A stretch of DNA of 64,000 nt from Carpediemonas membranifera BICM (lineage: Eukaryota; Protista; Fornicata). The notes below the pieces were generated by a model. That model ran no database searches, was not told the DNA's origin, and saw only the letters and a program-made list of their open reading frames with translations. Positions 1 through 10,928 of the stretch are shown one piece after another; position 1 is the first letter of the stretch; each line of letters opens with the position of its first letter. The stretch is from NCBI GenBank assembly GCA_019828565.1, contig JAHDYR010000005.1, positions 1,091,342-1,155,341 of the forward strand. Direction: 5' to 3'. The translations under genes and the position numbers were made by a program.

Positions 1-1472
1 ACCAGGACCTGACGATCTGGACGGACCACCGCAACTTGGTCTACCTGCACTCCAAGGCTGGCCAGGAAAACCGTAAGCACCTCCGCTGGCTGCTTATGAT
101 CCAAGAGTTCGAGTTCGTCATCAGACACATCGCAGGCGCGCAGAACACACTGGCCGACGCACTCAGTCGATACAACCCGCAGGCCACAGTCACGCAGGTC
201 AACAACGTCTCAGAGGCCGAGCTCGACGAAGACGCCAAGCGCAAGATCGTGCAAGAAGCTCACCGATACCACGAGGGCGAGCAGGCCACCATCAGGAACG
301 TCCGCCAGCTTGGGCACGATTGGCCAGGCCTCCACTCCGACGTGCACGCAGTCGTGTCAACCTGCGTGTACTGCGCTAAGGCACGCCTCTCCGCTTTCAT
401 TAAGACCACAACGCAGTCTTCTCTGCGCGACCGACCCTTCCAGACCATCGCTGTAGACACCATGGGTCCTTTCCCTGTCGACTCCGAGGGTTTCAGATAC
501 ATCGTGGTGGCAACCGACATGTTTACCCGCTTCACGGAGCTCATCCCCACAGCTTCCAACAACGCGACGACGGTCGGGCTGGCACTTTGGTCCATCATCG
601 GACGCTACGGTGTGCCTCGCGAGTTCCTTTCGGACAACGGCCCCGAGTACCGCAATCGGATGATAGAAGCTTTCCTTGATCGCTTGCAGGTCACGTACCA
701 CCGGACAATCCCTTTCCACCCTCAGTCAAACGGCCTGGCCGAGAGACGCAACCAGGAAGTCAAGCGACACTTACGTGTGCTCTGTCTGATGTTTGACCGT
801 TACGACGCCTGGGCCTCCGTGGTCCCATACGTCCAGTACATCCTGAACACTACGGTCCACTCCGTCACCGGCGTCGAACCCATTGCTCTCTTGATGGGCA
901 AGCATGCCTCCGCTCGCGACTTCACGATCGCACCCAAGGAGGAGGGTAGAGTTCATACTCCCCTGGACGACATAGCCTCCTACATCGACGCGCTCACCGA
1001 GCACCTCCAGATCCTCGCCGACCAGGCCCTCAACCGCCAGCAGGCAATGACAAGGACCGCAGAGCCGACGCCCCCGATCGAGCCGGGCACTCTGGTCCTT
1101 CGTAAGAACGAGAGCCCCACGAAGCTACACGGCCACCGCGGCCCATTCCGCATCACAGCCGCCGACGGTTACGCAGCGGAGATCACGCCGCTCACTGGCG
1201 GCAAGAGCCGCCGGGTCCACCTGAGCCAGTTAATCCGCATCTGCCAAGGCCCCCTCAGCGACGCCGAACTGTTGCGCATCGCGGCTACCGACGACGAGGA
1301 GTATTACGTCGAGAAAGTCCTAGAGGTCGACGACGAGACTGGCGACCTCCTCATTAAGTGGCTCGGCTTCCCTGAGGCTAAGGCCACGTGGGAGGGTCCC
1401 AACTCTGACGCCGCCCGCACGTCCGTCGTGCGCCGTCACCTCGAGGAGAGGGGTAGTGTCCCAATCAATTGA
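1..1472 (+). CDS. Gypsy Pol C-terminal part: RNase H end, HHCC zinc finger, DDE integrase, chromodomain
   Basis: WTDHRNL / NTLADALSR; H..H..CVYC; AVDTMGP...SDNGPEY...SNGLAERRN; YYVEKVL...LIKWLGFP...TWE. Confidence 0.93.
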   Translation, partial: QDLTIWTDHRNLVYLHSKAGQENRKHLRWLLMIQEFEFVIRHIAGAQNTLADALSRYNPQATVTQVNNVSEAELDEDAKRKIVQEAHRYHEGEQATIRNVRQLGHDWPGLHSDVHAVVSTCVYCAKARLSAFIKTTTQSSLRDRPFQTIAVDTMGPFPVDSEGFRYIVVATDMFTRFTELIPTASNNATTVGLALWSIIGRYGVPREFLSDNGPEYRNRMIEAFLDRLQVTYHRTIPFHPQSNGLAERRNQEVKRHLRVLCLMFDRYDAWASVVPYVQYILNTTVHSVTGVEPIALLMGKHASARDFTIAPKEEGRVHTPLDDIASYIDALTEHLQILADQALNRQQAMTRTAEPTPPIEPGTLVLRKNESPTKLHGHRGPFRITAADGYAAEITPLTGGKSRRVHLSQLIRICQGPLSDAELLRIAATDDEEYYVEKVLEVDDETGDLLIKWLGFPEAKATWEGPNSDAARTSVVRRHLEERGSVPIN

Positions 1473-1509
1473 TTAAACCTCTTTCGCTAGCTGTTCTATC
1501 CATACCACA
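1457..1509 (+). repeat. Putative 53-bp 3' LTR of Gypsy 1
   Basis: Starts TGT right after the PPT and ends ACA just before the interrupted YR-element RT frame; partner LTR not in window. Confidence 0.65.
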
Positions 1510-1571
1510 AGGGCCTTGAGGACGGCTTTCGTAAAGCCTTTCTCCGTCTCGGTGGCTGTCTGAAGAGGTCT

Positions 1572-1653
1572 TGTCGGTTGAAATCATTTACAGTAAACCG
1601 CAGCGGGGTAAAAGTGGTCAAAACTGGACGGAGCAGTTTATAGACCGGTGACA
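1572..1653 (-). repeat. 3' LTR of Gypsy 2 (82 bp)
   Basis: Exact copy of 5851-5932. Confidence 0.96.
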
Positions 1654-1711
1654 CTACCTCCCTTTTTGATGAGAAAACCCCCAACCTGCAAGGAACGGGG
1701 GAAAAAGATGG

Positions 1712-2990
1712 TTAGTAGAGTTTCAGGTTCTTCCTCGCCTTACGGGCCAACCTCTTCATCTCCTCGAGGTGTTTCACTCCCGAGAGTGGTTCTTCCGTTA
1801 TGTTTTCGAATCCTACCCACTTGATGGCGGCTGTCCCTTCTTTCCAGTCTACCGATACTACTCGCTCTACCTCCCATTTTTTTCTGGTCGAAGCTTGCAA
1901 GTTGAAGCATCATCGTGTCCGTTACGGCATCCGTGTCGAACATCATGAGTTTTTCAATGTGGGTTGATCTGGTCGATCCGTCGAGTATCGACTGCAGGAC
2001 TATTCTGTTATTATCAAGTACATCGTGTACCTTCCATGGGCCCCTGTTGCGCGCGTCTAGCTTCTGAGGGGCCTCATCTTTCCAGAGGACGTAGTCACCC
2101 GGCTTCAGTTCGGTGTTGATAATTGTCTTTTGGCCCGGGCCCACACTCTCTCTGGCAGTGGTCTCCAGGGCGTTAAGGGCCAGCTCCAGGTCCTTTTTGA
2201 ACTCTGGGAAATTTCTGATCGGAGAGTTGTTGTCGTTCGTCCACCAGCTTGTAAACATGTTGTGCTCATGGCCAAATATCAGCTCGTGCGGGGAGAACTT
2301 CGTGGCCGTATGTGTCGTGCCGTTGATAATCATCTGGACCGTCGGTAAGAGTCCGCACCACTGGTCTTTGTAGGCTATTGCCAGGACAAGCCACCGTAGG
2401 TGTCTTCCAATCTCCGCATTCCTTCTCTCCACGAGACCATTGCTCTGTGGATGAAACGGGATGGTGAAGTGGTGTGCGACTTTCAATGACGTTGTGAGTT
2501 GTTCAACTATCGAGTTCGCGTACTCCGGGCCGCCGTCGGACAGAATCTCCGCCGGTATCCCGTGTCGCGTGAAAACGTGGTCCCATAGGGCCCTGGCGGA
2601 GGTCTCGGCGTCGATCGATGCGACTGCGACGAGCTCGGTGTATCTTGTAAACATGTCTACAGCCACAATGATGTAGCGAGCGCCCAGCGAATCCGTTGGG
2701 AGAGGGCCAATTGTGTCGACTGCCACTGTCTCCCATGGTCTGGTGCGTCTTGTCTGGCCCTTTTGGGCGATAAAGTAGTCCTTGATGCGAGTCTTCAGAC
2801 AAATGGGGCACGTCTTGATGTGCTTTTTGACGTCCAAGAGCATCCCCGGCCAAAAATGCAGACGTGGCGAGTGCTTGGAACGTTGAATTTGCTCCCGTAT
2901 GAAATTGGTGAGCGGTCCGAAGGGCCTTGTCGCGTGTCTCTCCCTTGGGGATAATCGGCACTCCGTCCTTGAAGTAGATCGAGTTTTCGA
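1712..2990 (-). CDS. Gypsy 2 integrase + chromodomain (frameshifted; ORFs 1740-2843, 1712-1900)
   Basis: AHQFH..CPIC; AVDTIGP..SDGGPEY..SNGLVERRN; RGPWKV (GPY/F module); WEVERVV..IKWVGFENITEEP. Confidence 0.9.
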
Positions 2991-3064
2991 TGGATACTCC
3001 CTCTAGTTTCTCCCAGCCGACTCGAGTTGACTCAGGTGCCATGGCCTGGGCAGCCTGGATCAAC

Positions 3065-4687
3065 TCAAGGGTCAGCCCTGGGCCGGCGTCCTCCGCCTCT
3101 AGCAGGTTCAGCTGCGGCCCGAGGTCCCCCTCGGGGAAGGATACGCGACAGCATGTCTGCCATCTTGTTTGTCTCTCCAGCAATATGCTCGATCGTAATG
3201 TTGTAGTCCGACAAGACAGACGTCCACCTGAGGAGTTTCTTGGAAAGCTCCTTCCTCTGCATGAGATATACCAGATTCTGGTGGTCGGTGCGGATCTGTA
3301 TGTTGTCCTTGAGGCGGAAAAGTTGAGCCATGTCAGGTCTCGTGAGACAAAAGATGATAGCATGAAGCTCTTGTTCGTAGGTCGGCCACCTAGTCTGGGT
3401 TGGCGTATGACACTTTGCGAAGAGCGAGACGATCTCTCGGTTGCCGGAGTCGTCTTCTTGGAACAGAATGCCCCCTAGTCCGTCGTTCGACGCGTCCGTC
3501 TCGAGGGTCCACTTCTTTGAGAAGTCGGGGAAATGGAGGACTGTGTCTGAGCTGAGTCTCTCCTTGAACGTTGTAAACGCCTCTTCTTGTTTGGGGTTCC
3601 AAGTTATGTTCTTTGAGTTCTCCTGTGCCGTTAGCATCTCGTTGAGAGGTTTGAGGATTCGTGATGAGTCCGGGACGAACTGGGCGACATAGTTGAATGA
3701 TCCCAGTGTCCTCTGAAGCTCCTTTGCGGTGGACGGGAGCGGTATGGCGTTTACCGCCTCTACCTTCTCTGGGGCAAGTTGTTTCCCCTTCTCCGAGACA
3801 ATATACCCGACGGCCTCGACGTGGGCTGAGCCTATCGTGCACTTCGGGCCTTTAAGGCGCAGTGAATAATGTCTACAGATCCTGAAGACGGTTTTGATCA
3901 GGGTGAGAAACTGGGCCTCGGTCTTGGCGTAAATCAAGATGTCGTCAAGATAGATGTCCACCCCTTTGTGGAGGACCTCGGCGAACGCCTTCTGCATGGC
4001 GCGTTGGAATCTCGCCGGGGCGTTCATCAGGCCGAATGGACATCTGGTGAACTCGCAGTATGCGTCTGGAGTGACAAAAGCGGTTTTGGGGATATCTTCC
4101 TCGTGCATCCGCATCTGGTAGTAGCCTTGTCTGAGGTCTAGGCCTGCAAAGTATTTGCAGCCTGATGCTCGGTCTACAAACTCGCGCGTGTTAGGCAGGG
4201 GGAAGGTATCCCTCACTGTCTTGGAGTTTAACTCCTTGTAGTCAATGCAAAGACGGATCTTGGTCGATCCTTTGTGGCCCTGCCTGACTACTACGATCGG
4301 CGAGCTGTACGGCCCAGTCGAGTCCTGGATTATCCCGTCTCGCCTGAGTTGTTCTAGCTCTGTCGACACCAGGCCTTGGGTCACTGGGTCGAGTCTGCGA
4401 GCGCGGCATTGTACAATTGCCCGCTCGTCTATCAGTTCAATCGACATGGGTTCCAGTCGAGACCCTTCCTTGGGTAGTTCTTCCTCGAAGATATCGTCAA
4501 ATGAGTTGATAATCTCGAGAATCTCGGGTCGGATCTTCGACTCCGGGACGTGGACACCACAGTAGTCGTCGGTTATCGCCATGTTTGCGTCCTCCGTGAG
4601 ATATTCATGGTAGAACGGCAGCCAGTCCTCGTCCTCCCTCAATTGAGGAGAGCTTGTGCAGGTTAAGGTTGAGTGTGCCATCGCCAA
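3065..4687 (-). CDS. Gypsy 2 reverse transcriptase + RNase H
   Basis: RLCIDYKELN, LDLRQGYYQ, PFGLMNAP, YLDDILI; ETDASN, EQELHAI, RTDHQNL, NKMADMLSR. Confidence 0.95.
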   Translation of the reverse strand: MAMAHSTLTCTSSPQLREDEDWLPFYHEYLTEDANMAITDDYCGVHVPESKIRPEILEIINSFDDIFEEELPKEGSRLEPMSIELIDERAIVQCRARRLDPVTQGLVSTELEQLRRDGIIQDSTGPYSSPIVVVRQGHKGSTKIRLCIDYKELNSKTVRDTFPLPNTREFVDRASGCKYFAGLDLRQGYYQMRMHEEDIPKTAFVTPDAYCEFTRCPFGLMNAPARFQRAMQKAFAEVLHKGVDIYLDDILIYAKTEAQFLTLIKTVFRICRHYSLRLKGPKCTIGSAHVEAVGYIVSEKGKQLAPEKVEAVNAIPLPSTAKELQRTLGSFNYVAQFVPDSSRILKPLNEMLTAQENSKNITWNPKQEEAFTTFKERLSSDTVLHFPDFSKKWTLETDASNDGLGGILFQEDDSGNREIVSLFAKCHTPTQTRWPTYEQELHAIIFCLTRPDMAQLFRLKDNIQIRTDHQNLVYLMQRKELSKKLLRWTSVLSDYNITIEHIAGETNKMADMLSRILPRGGPRAAAEPARGGGRRPRADP

Positions 4688-5835
4688 TGAGTGCGAGTGA
4701 CCTCAGCAAGTCACACCCGATGAGAGCCTTGAAGAACTCACCGGGGAGTACGTAGTACTTCCATGTAACCTCCAACGGTGTGACACCTAGTGCTGGGAAT
4801 GCTGCCTTAAATGTGACTGCTTGATCTGTCACGAGGGAGCGTCCGTCTCCTAGCGTGACCTTGATCTTTTCCTCGAGAGAGGTCTGCACTGTGTCCTTGG
4901 GTAGGGTACGTAGTGCCTTCGAACTAATGAAGCTTCGGCTTGCACCAGTGTCTACAACGAACGAGTAAGTTTTGCCTTTTACAGTAGCGGGGGTCGTCAG
5001 TGGACCCTTCCCGCCCTTCTCGTTAGTCGACGCGCTGTCGGCGTTGTTGTTCTCGCTGTAGCGGGGGTGCTTATCGCATCTGAAGTCCATGTGGGGACCG
5101 CCACAGAAACGACAGGGGCGCGACGGCTTCTTGGGTCCGTCGGCCGGCGGGCGCTTGGCCGCGTCCGGGCGGTACTGGGCCTTCCTGGCCTGGGCCGGGG
5201 CCTTGGGTCCGCCGGCCGGGGTTTGCGAGAGGGGTTGATCATGGTCATACGCCCTAGCAGCCCTAAGAGCCACCGCTACGGTGTCCTCGAAGGTCTTGAC
5301 GTTGTGGAGAGCAAGCAAGGTCTGTGCCTTCTTGCGGAATGCTGTCGGGTTCAGGGACTCCCTGAAGAGCCGTGCAGCCAGCTTATCAAAGCTTGCGAGC
5401 AGTTCGTCGGCATTGGGGTTGTCGTCGATGGGGTCCAAGAACCCTTCTGGGTCTGGCGTCTTGGAGTAGAGCTCGATGCGCTTGCGGAATGCTGCCGCTT
5501 GTAGTCTCGTGCCAGCTTCGAAGTTGCGTGCGGTGCTCGGCACCATGGGGAAACGAAGGTCTTGGAGCTCTTCGACGAGTGCTAGGATGGAGTGGGGGAA
5601 GGAGCCGCTGGCGACACCATTCGGTGAAGTTCTTGAGAGTGTAGTTCTTGTCGGATGTGTCTATGCCTTCGGCCTTGAGTTCGAGGGCAAATGACTCCTC
5701 AATGAGGACGGACAGTGGGATGCTTGGGTTTTGTATAGTAAAAATCGTTGCTCGGCGCTCAAACTCCTCAAGAGTCTCTAGTGTTAGATTTGAAGGAGAA
5801 AGCTCAGGAATTTGAACAGTTAACGACATCAGCAC
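4605..5835 (-). CDS. Gypsy 2 Gag + aspartic protease (frameshifted; ORFs 5386-5835, 4605-5546)
   Basis: Zinc knuckle CRFCGGPHMDFRC; protease VVDTGASRSF and ALIGCDLL. Confidence 0.88.
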
Positions 5836-5850
5836 AGCTAATACTAGTAT

Positions 5851-5932
5851 TGTCGGTTGAAATCATTTACAGTAAACCGCAGCGGGGTAAAAGTGGTCAA
5901 AACTGGACGGAGCAGTTTATAGACCGGTGACA
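5851..5932 (-). repeat. 5' LTR of Gypsy 2 (82 bp)
   Basis: Exact copy of 1572-1653. Confidence 0.96.
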
Positions 5933-6860
5933 GTCTCAGCCATGCGCGGCCGTCGGGGAAGCACAGAGATGCGAAGGATAGCTTCCCGATGAGGGATTGC
6001 CACCTCTTGTTGCTCATATTGCCTTCTATCAGCGCACTCTCGACCAATTGGCTGTATCTGCTGCGCTTCTTCGAGTCTAGGGAAATGACCCGAGCAGCTG
6101 AGTCGATGCGCATGCCGAGGTATGTCAGGACCGTGGTGGGCTCTAGGACTGACTTGTCGTGGTTGATGATAAAGCCTAGCTGATTCATGATGTCCAGGAG
6201 GCGCTGGCGCTCGCGCAGAAGGGCCTTCTTCTTCCCGAAGAATAGAAGGTCGTCCAGATAGACGGCAACTCCTACACCGCGGCAATGGCGCTTGATAATC
6301 TTCGCTACGGTAATCATGATCTTCTGGAAGTAGAATGGCGCCGCGGACCATCCGAATGGGAGGACTGTGAACTGATAGTGGACGCCGCGGTGAATAAAGC
6401 CTAGGAGGGACTGCGATGATGGGTGAATGGACACGTGGTGGTAGCCTGCATGGAGATCTAGCGACATCATCATGTCTCCTGGCGCAAGGCTTAAAACTGC
6501 TCTCTTGGCACCGAACAAGCGGAACGTACGGCGCTCTTTGGAGACCTTGTTGAGCGGTATGAGGTTGTGGACTGCTCTCCATTTGTCTGTACCCTTCGGG
6601 ACTGGAAAGAGAGGACATGTGAGCTTCGGTGGTGATGAGACGCGGTGTATGGCACCCGATGAGAGCATTTCGCGCACCAGCGGATCGAGCTTGGCTAAGT
6701 CCTTCTCTGGGAGATGGAATATTCGAGGATTGCTCGGTTGTTGTGTCAGTTCGATGGGTATGCCGTCGCCAACCCAAGAGACCACGTCGGATGGCGCTCC
6801 CAAGCGCCGCCACGCGGCCACTGAGTGGCGGAGAGAACCCGCTCGACGGTGTGGCGACAA
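5933..6860 (-). CDS. YR element 1 reverse transcriptase (interrupted)
   Basis: LDLHAGYHHV, LPFGWSAAP, YLDDLL, TYLGMRID, LIGKLSF. Confidence 0.9.
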
Positions 6861-6930
6861 CAGTATTTACACAGCCCTGACAGACGGGTTGTGGGGAGTG
6901 GTGGTTCGGTTGATTGATGGTCTTGCACAA

Positions 6931-7425
6931 TTAGTTTTTTCTGGGGCGCTTATCGCTCTTGGGGGCGACTCTGGCACTGGAGCGGGCCTCTGCGATGAGG
7001 ACGGTGAGGCTCTCGGAATCACGGATCCTGGAACGTCGGGCTCTGACGTAGTCCTTGACTGCGTCGGCGTAGTGAAAGCCATTGATGTCCTTAATGAGGA
7101 GAAGCTCATGACGGAGCATTAGCTGAAGCTTGATCGTCTCGGTTGTCCAGCTCGGGTGGAGGACGATGTCCCTGTAGAGCATCTGCAGCCATTCGGACTC
7201 GTTACGCATGGCTAGTGAGTCCGGGTGGCGCCACTCCAGCGACATTAAATCTCGAAGCGTCAATAACTCGCCTGTTAGTTCGTTGATGCGCTTCTGCGGA
7301 TCTGGGATCTTCTCTGCTTCAGGCGTGCGGTCCCCGGTGTTGTTCTCGGTTTCTTCAGCCATCTGGCCGTAATTGATTCGATCCCGATTCGTTCGGCTCG
7401 AATAAATCGAATCAGGCAGATCCAT
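6931..7425 (-). CDS. YR element 1 ORF1 (Gag-like)
   Basis: Position upstream of RT; weak similarity to ORF1 of YR element 2 (WR/KxPxS..M..E.E, LxLRH). Confidence 0.65.
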   Translation of the reverse strand: MDLPDSIYSSRTNRDRINYGQMAEETENNTGDRTPEAEKIPDPQKRINELTGELLTLRDLMSLEWRHPDSLAMRNESEWLQMLYRDIVLHPSWTTETIKLQLMLRHELLLIKDINGFHYADAVKDYVRARRSRIRDSESLTVLIAEARSSARVAPKSDKRPRKN

Positions 7426-8102
7426 CGCCCATGCTCCATTATCTCACGCCGGAGCTGACGTCTCGGTCAGACGAGCTGACGAGTCGGCAGACTCTGTCTT
7501 AACCATCCGGGGGGGTGAACAATTTACTGTGATCTTCTGTAGCACTATGTAAACAGGAAATTGTTCCGCCGGGCCCTTACTGGGACCCAGACTCACTCCC
7601 CTCGAAAGGAGAGGATTGGCAGCCAGGCTGCATTGCGACTTATTTCGCTTCTCCTTCGTTCTCTGGGTTCCTGATTTGATCTGGTCCTGATTTGGCCTCA
7701 ATCTGATGCGAATCAGAATGCCTCGACCGCTCAGCCGAAGATTGTCCACTACGCTGGCCTTGCCAGTCAGACGAGCTGACGAGTCGGCAGACTCTGTCTT
7801 AACCATCCGGGACTCGTCGCCGCCACGATCCCGGGCTCATTTTCTCTATCCATCCTTTGACTGGATCAAATTTGGCGCACATCATCTTGGATTCTTAAAC
7901 CTCCCGACGGTTCCTCTGTATTCCACCCGTGCAGGTGGAGAGCTCGAAAAACGTGCCTAGAGGTCTCAACACCGCCTGGTTGCCGAGATACGGCACTTTT
8001 GATATTTTCTCTCCCCTTTGAGCGTATATCGCCGTAGTTTCGCTAGAATCCGTGCGTAACCTCTCTAAGGTATCTCCCTACACTATAAGGAACTCAATAT
8101 CA

Positions 8103-9040
8103 TCACGTTTTACGATCAACCTCACTAAGGTCCGCGATCGTGCTGGAGCAAGCACTCCTCAATGCTGCTCCAGGCCTCAACGAGGCAACAGAAGTGCTGT
8201 AATCGAGGCGTAGGACGTCCTCGATATAGCGTATCAGTGATTTGGTATCCACCCAAGTGCCCTTCGCGGCCACGACGGGAATGGGTATGCCCGCAAGGAC
8301 CAGGTCCGCCGCGCTGCCGCGGCGAAGGCCATGAAGCCTTGCCCTCGAGGAGCGAAGGATCTCCTTAATCTGGTCCTCAAGCTCCGAGAACGCAAAAGAC
8401 CAGAGTGGGTCCTCCTCCCCAGCGTGGGCGTCCATCCGATTAACGACGACCTCGGAGAGCCAATGCGCAGGGTCCAGCTCGCCATCGACCCTTGGTACCA
8501 GCTTCTCTATGACCTCACGCCGCGTCTTTTGTGCCCTGTATTGCCACGCGCAGCCCTCGCCGACCATCAGTGGACACGTCCCTCATCCGCAAAGAGAATA
8601 TTTCCATAGGCCGCGATGTGGTGGCGTAGATGGTGAGCGCGAAGGCGAACGCCTCTCTCCATAGGGCCTGCCGGCGGGCCTCCGGCGTGGAGGCGTGGAG
8701 TCTTGCAGCTAACATCTGGGCCCTGATGGGCAGGGCTGGGCCCCTCGGTCGACCAAGCGCGTCTCTCGCCTGCTCGATAACCACCGCCGTGCCATCCACG
8801 GGGATCTCCCAGGGGACAACCCGGTCGAAGAACCTCACTATTAGGTTCCACTTCGACATGATGGTGGGGCGAGCCACCCTCTCCGCCTGGTCGTGTGCCC
8901 ACATTCGAACGAGCTCGGTGTCGCCACGGGCCTCGGTGTGGCTGTCGCGGAAGTCAGCGAACTGCTGCAAGACCCCGGCCACGTGTCTCTTGTCCTTGAA
9001 TCTGGCTAGCATGTCACTGCTGACGGCCTGGTCGAAGACC
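8103..9040 (-). CDS. YR element 2 tyrosine recombinase (frameshifted near 8560)
   Basis: ATTSRPMEIF, LHGLRRGSA, GTW..SLIRY; start approximate. Confidence 0.85.
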
Positions 9041-10928
9041 TGATGACCATGAAGAGGGCCATGAGCCTGAACGTCCCGTCCGACTGGAGCGGTGTGACCT
9101 CCGACAGGTCTGCCTCCTCCTTCCGAATCCTGAAGTAGAGCCGGTGCTCCGAGAGCTCTCTCAGTGCCATCGCTGTTGGAGAGCGGCTGTCCGACACAAG
9201 CAAGACCAGAGCATCCGGACATGCTGAGGGGGAGATGGGATGGTCCATCTGGAGGCGCTGCAACTTCGAATAGACCTCCAGCAGCAGGCTGAACGGGACT
9301 ACTGCCAGCCACCTGCCGACTGACCAGTCCTTGTCCATGAACTGTATGATCCCGGAGGCCTCTGTCGCGTCCTGCTTTGCTCCAAGCCACCCGGAGGGCC
9401 ATATCTCTCTTTGAACCGGGCCCCACGTCGTGATTATGCGCTCGAGCATCCGTCTGGGTGGTGATAATGTCTCGGATCGAGATAAGGCGTCGGCAGTGAC
9501 GTTGAGGTGACCTGACACGTGCACGGCCCTGACCCTGATCTGTCGCCTGCTGAGCGTGGGCAGCAGGGCTCGGAGGGTCTGGTCCACCACCTCTGGCGCC
9601 TTTGTAGACCCCCTGGTGGTTCCACCAGGCCACCGCCGCAACAGAATCCGAGAAGATAGTGATCTCGCTCGGGTCTCGAAGGTGTTGGAGAGTGAGCTCC
9701 ACAGCCTGGCAGAGGGCTCGAAACTCTAGCAGGGTGATATGCTCCCCCTTCGGGGCCGAAACAGCGAAGGTGTGAGGGTCCTGGCCTGGGATCAGGAGGA
9801 CTCCGCCGAGGCCGGCCTCCGAGGCGTCCGTCATCACCGTAACCTGAAGCTTCGGGGACATGCCCCACAAGTGGGTGAGCTCCAAGAAGCTGCGGACTGG
9901 GGAAGGGCGACTCAGGCGGGCTTGCCAATCGATGAGGGCCGCCTCTGCCTCGCCATGGACTCTCGTCCTGTATCGGGCCTTGATGTTGGCCAAGCAGCGT
10001 TGGATAGGTCTGATGGCCGCCCGGCCCTCTGGCCAGACTATCGACGCAAAGCCCAGGTTCCCGAGGAGTCTCTGCAGGCTGTGGAAGGTGACGCCCTGCT
10101 GGAGAGCCTCCTCCACTCTGGACAGGTACTTGTGGCGCTTCTCCTCCTGAAGGGAGACTCCATGCTTCCTCGAGTCGAGCACGAAGCCAAGGAAAGTCGT
10201 CGTGGGCGATGGTGTCAACTGGGATTTCTCCCGGTTGATTACGAGGCCTAGGTCCGTAAGCAACCGAACTATCCCCGGCATCGACGACTCTAACAGGGCT
10301 TTCGGACCGCAGAAAAGCCAGTCGTCTAGGTATATCGTCAGGTTGATACCCGGGAAGGCACGCGCGACAATCTGTCCGGCGGTCATCATGACCCGTTGAA
10401 AGTGGTAGGGTGCCGCGCTCCATCCAAACGGCAGGACGTTGAAGCAGTAGGGGCGCCCGTCTACCACAAAGCCCAGGAGTGTCCGGTCCTGCGGTCGGAT
10501 GCCCAGCTGATAGTACCCCTTCGTCAGGTCGATGCGCGTCATGTAGTCGTTCTCTCTCATCTGGCAGATGGCTTGCCTGACGCCTCGAAGCCGGAACGAC
10601 CTTCTCTCGAGCGACACTGCATTGAGTGACCTCAGATCGTGAATGAGGCGCGTCTCTACAGGTGTCTTCGGCACGGTGAAGATTGGCGAGATGAGACTCG
10701 GTGCCCGGCACGGGCTGGCCGCTCCCAAGGCGAGCAGCGTCCTTAGATGATTACCTTACCTTACCTTACCTTTCGATCCCTCGGCCGCGGTGAAGGAAGG
10801 CTGGGGTGCCTCGGCCGCGCACTCACCGAGATGGGGATACCCTCTCGTAGCCACGAGACCACCTCGGATGGCGCGTGTAAGCGCTCCCAAAGGGTCCAGC
10901 GGCTGTTGATGCACGGGAAGGGTCTCAT
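9006..10928 (-). pseudogene. YR element 2 RT / RNase H / methyltransferase-like ORF (disrupted)
   Basis: IDLTKGYYQ, LPFGWSAAP, YLDDWL; MTDASE, LLEFRAL, FSDS, NVTADALSR; frame broken by (GGTAA)4 at 10751-10770 and an indel near 9610. Confidence 0.88.

Larger units (their letters stand above)
1..1509 (+). mobile_element. Ty3/Gypsy chromovirus-like LTR retrotransposon 1, 3' part (5' part outside window)
   Basis: Pol end with RNase H tail, integrase and chromodomain; polypurine tract GAGGAGAGGGGTAG at 1443-1456, then TGT...ACA 1457-1509 as putative 3' LTR, after which DIRS RT coding sequence resumes on the minus strand. Confidence 0.88.
1572..5932 (-). mobile_element. Full-length Ty3/Gypsy chromovirus-like LTR retrotransposon 2 (4.36 kb)
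   Basis: Identical 82-bp LTRs TGTC...GACA at 1572-1653 and 5851-5932; 4-bp TSD GTCT (1568-1571, 5933-5936); PPT AAAAAGGGAGGTAG on minus strand; order gag-PR-RT-RH-IN-chromo. Confidence 0.96.
1510..7465 (-). mobile_element. YR (DIRS/PAT-type) retrotransposon 1, interrupted by Gypsy 2 and Gypsy 1
   Basis: ORF1 6931-7425 and DIRS-type RT 6860-5933; RT continues at 1571-1510 (RPLQTATETEKGFTKAVLKAL) across the Gypsy 2 TSD; boundaries set by neighbouring elements. Confidence 0.85.

Noticed and set aside
1712-5835. Programmed frameshifts in Gypsy 2
   Set aside because: Several breaks lie in homopolymers within conserved domains and cannot be told apart from sequencing error.
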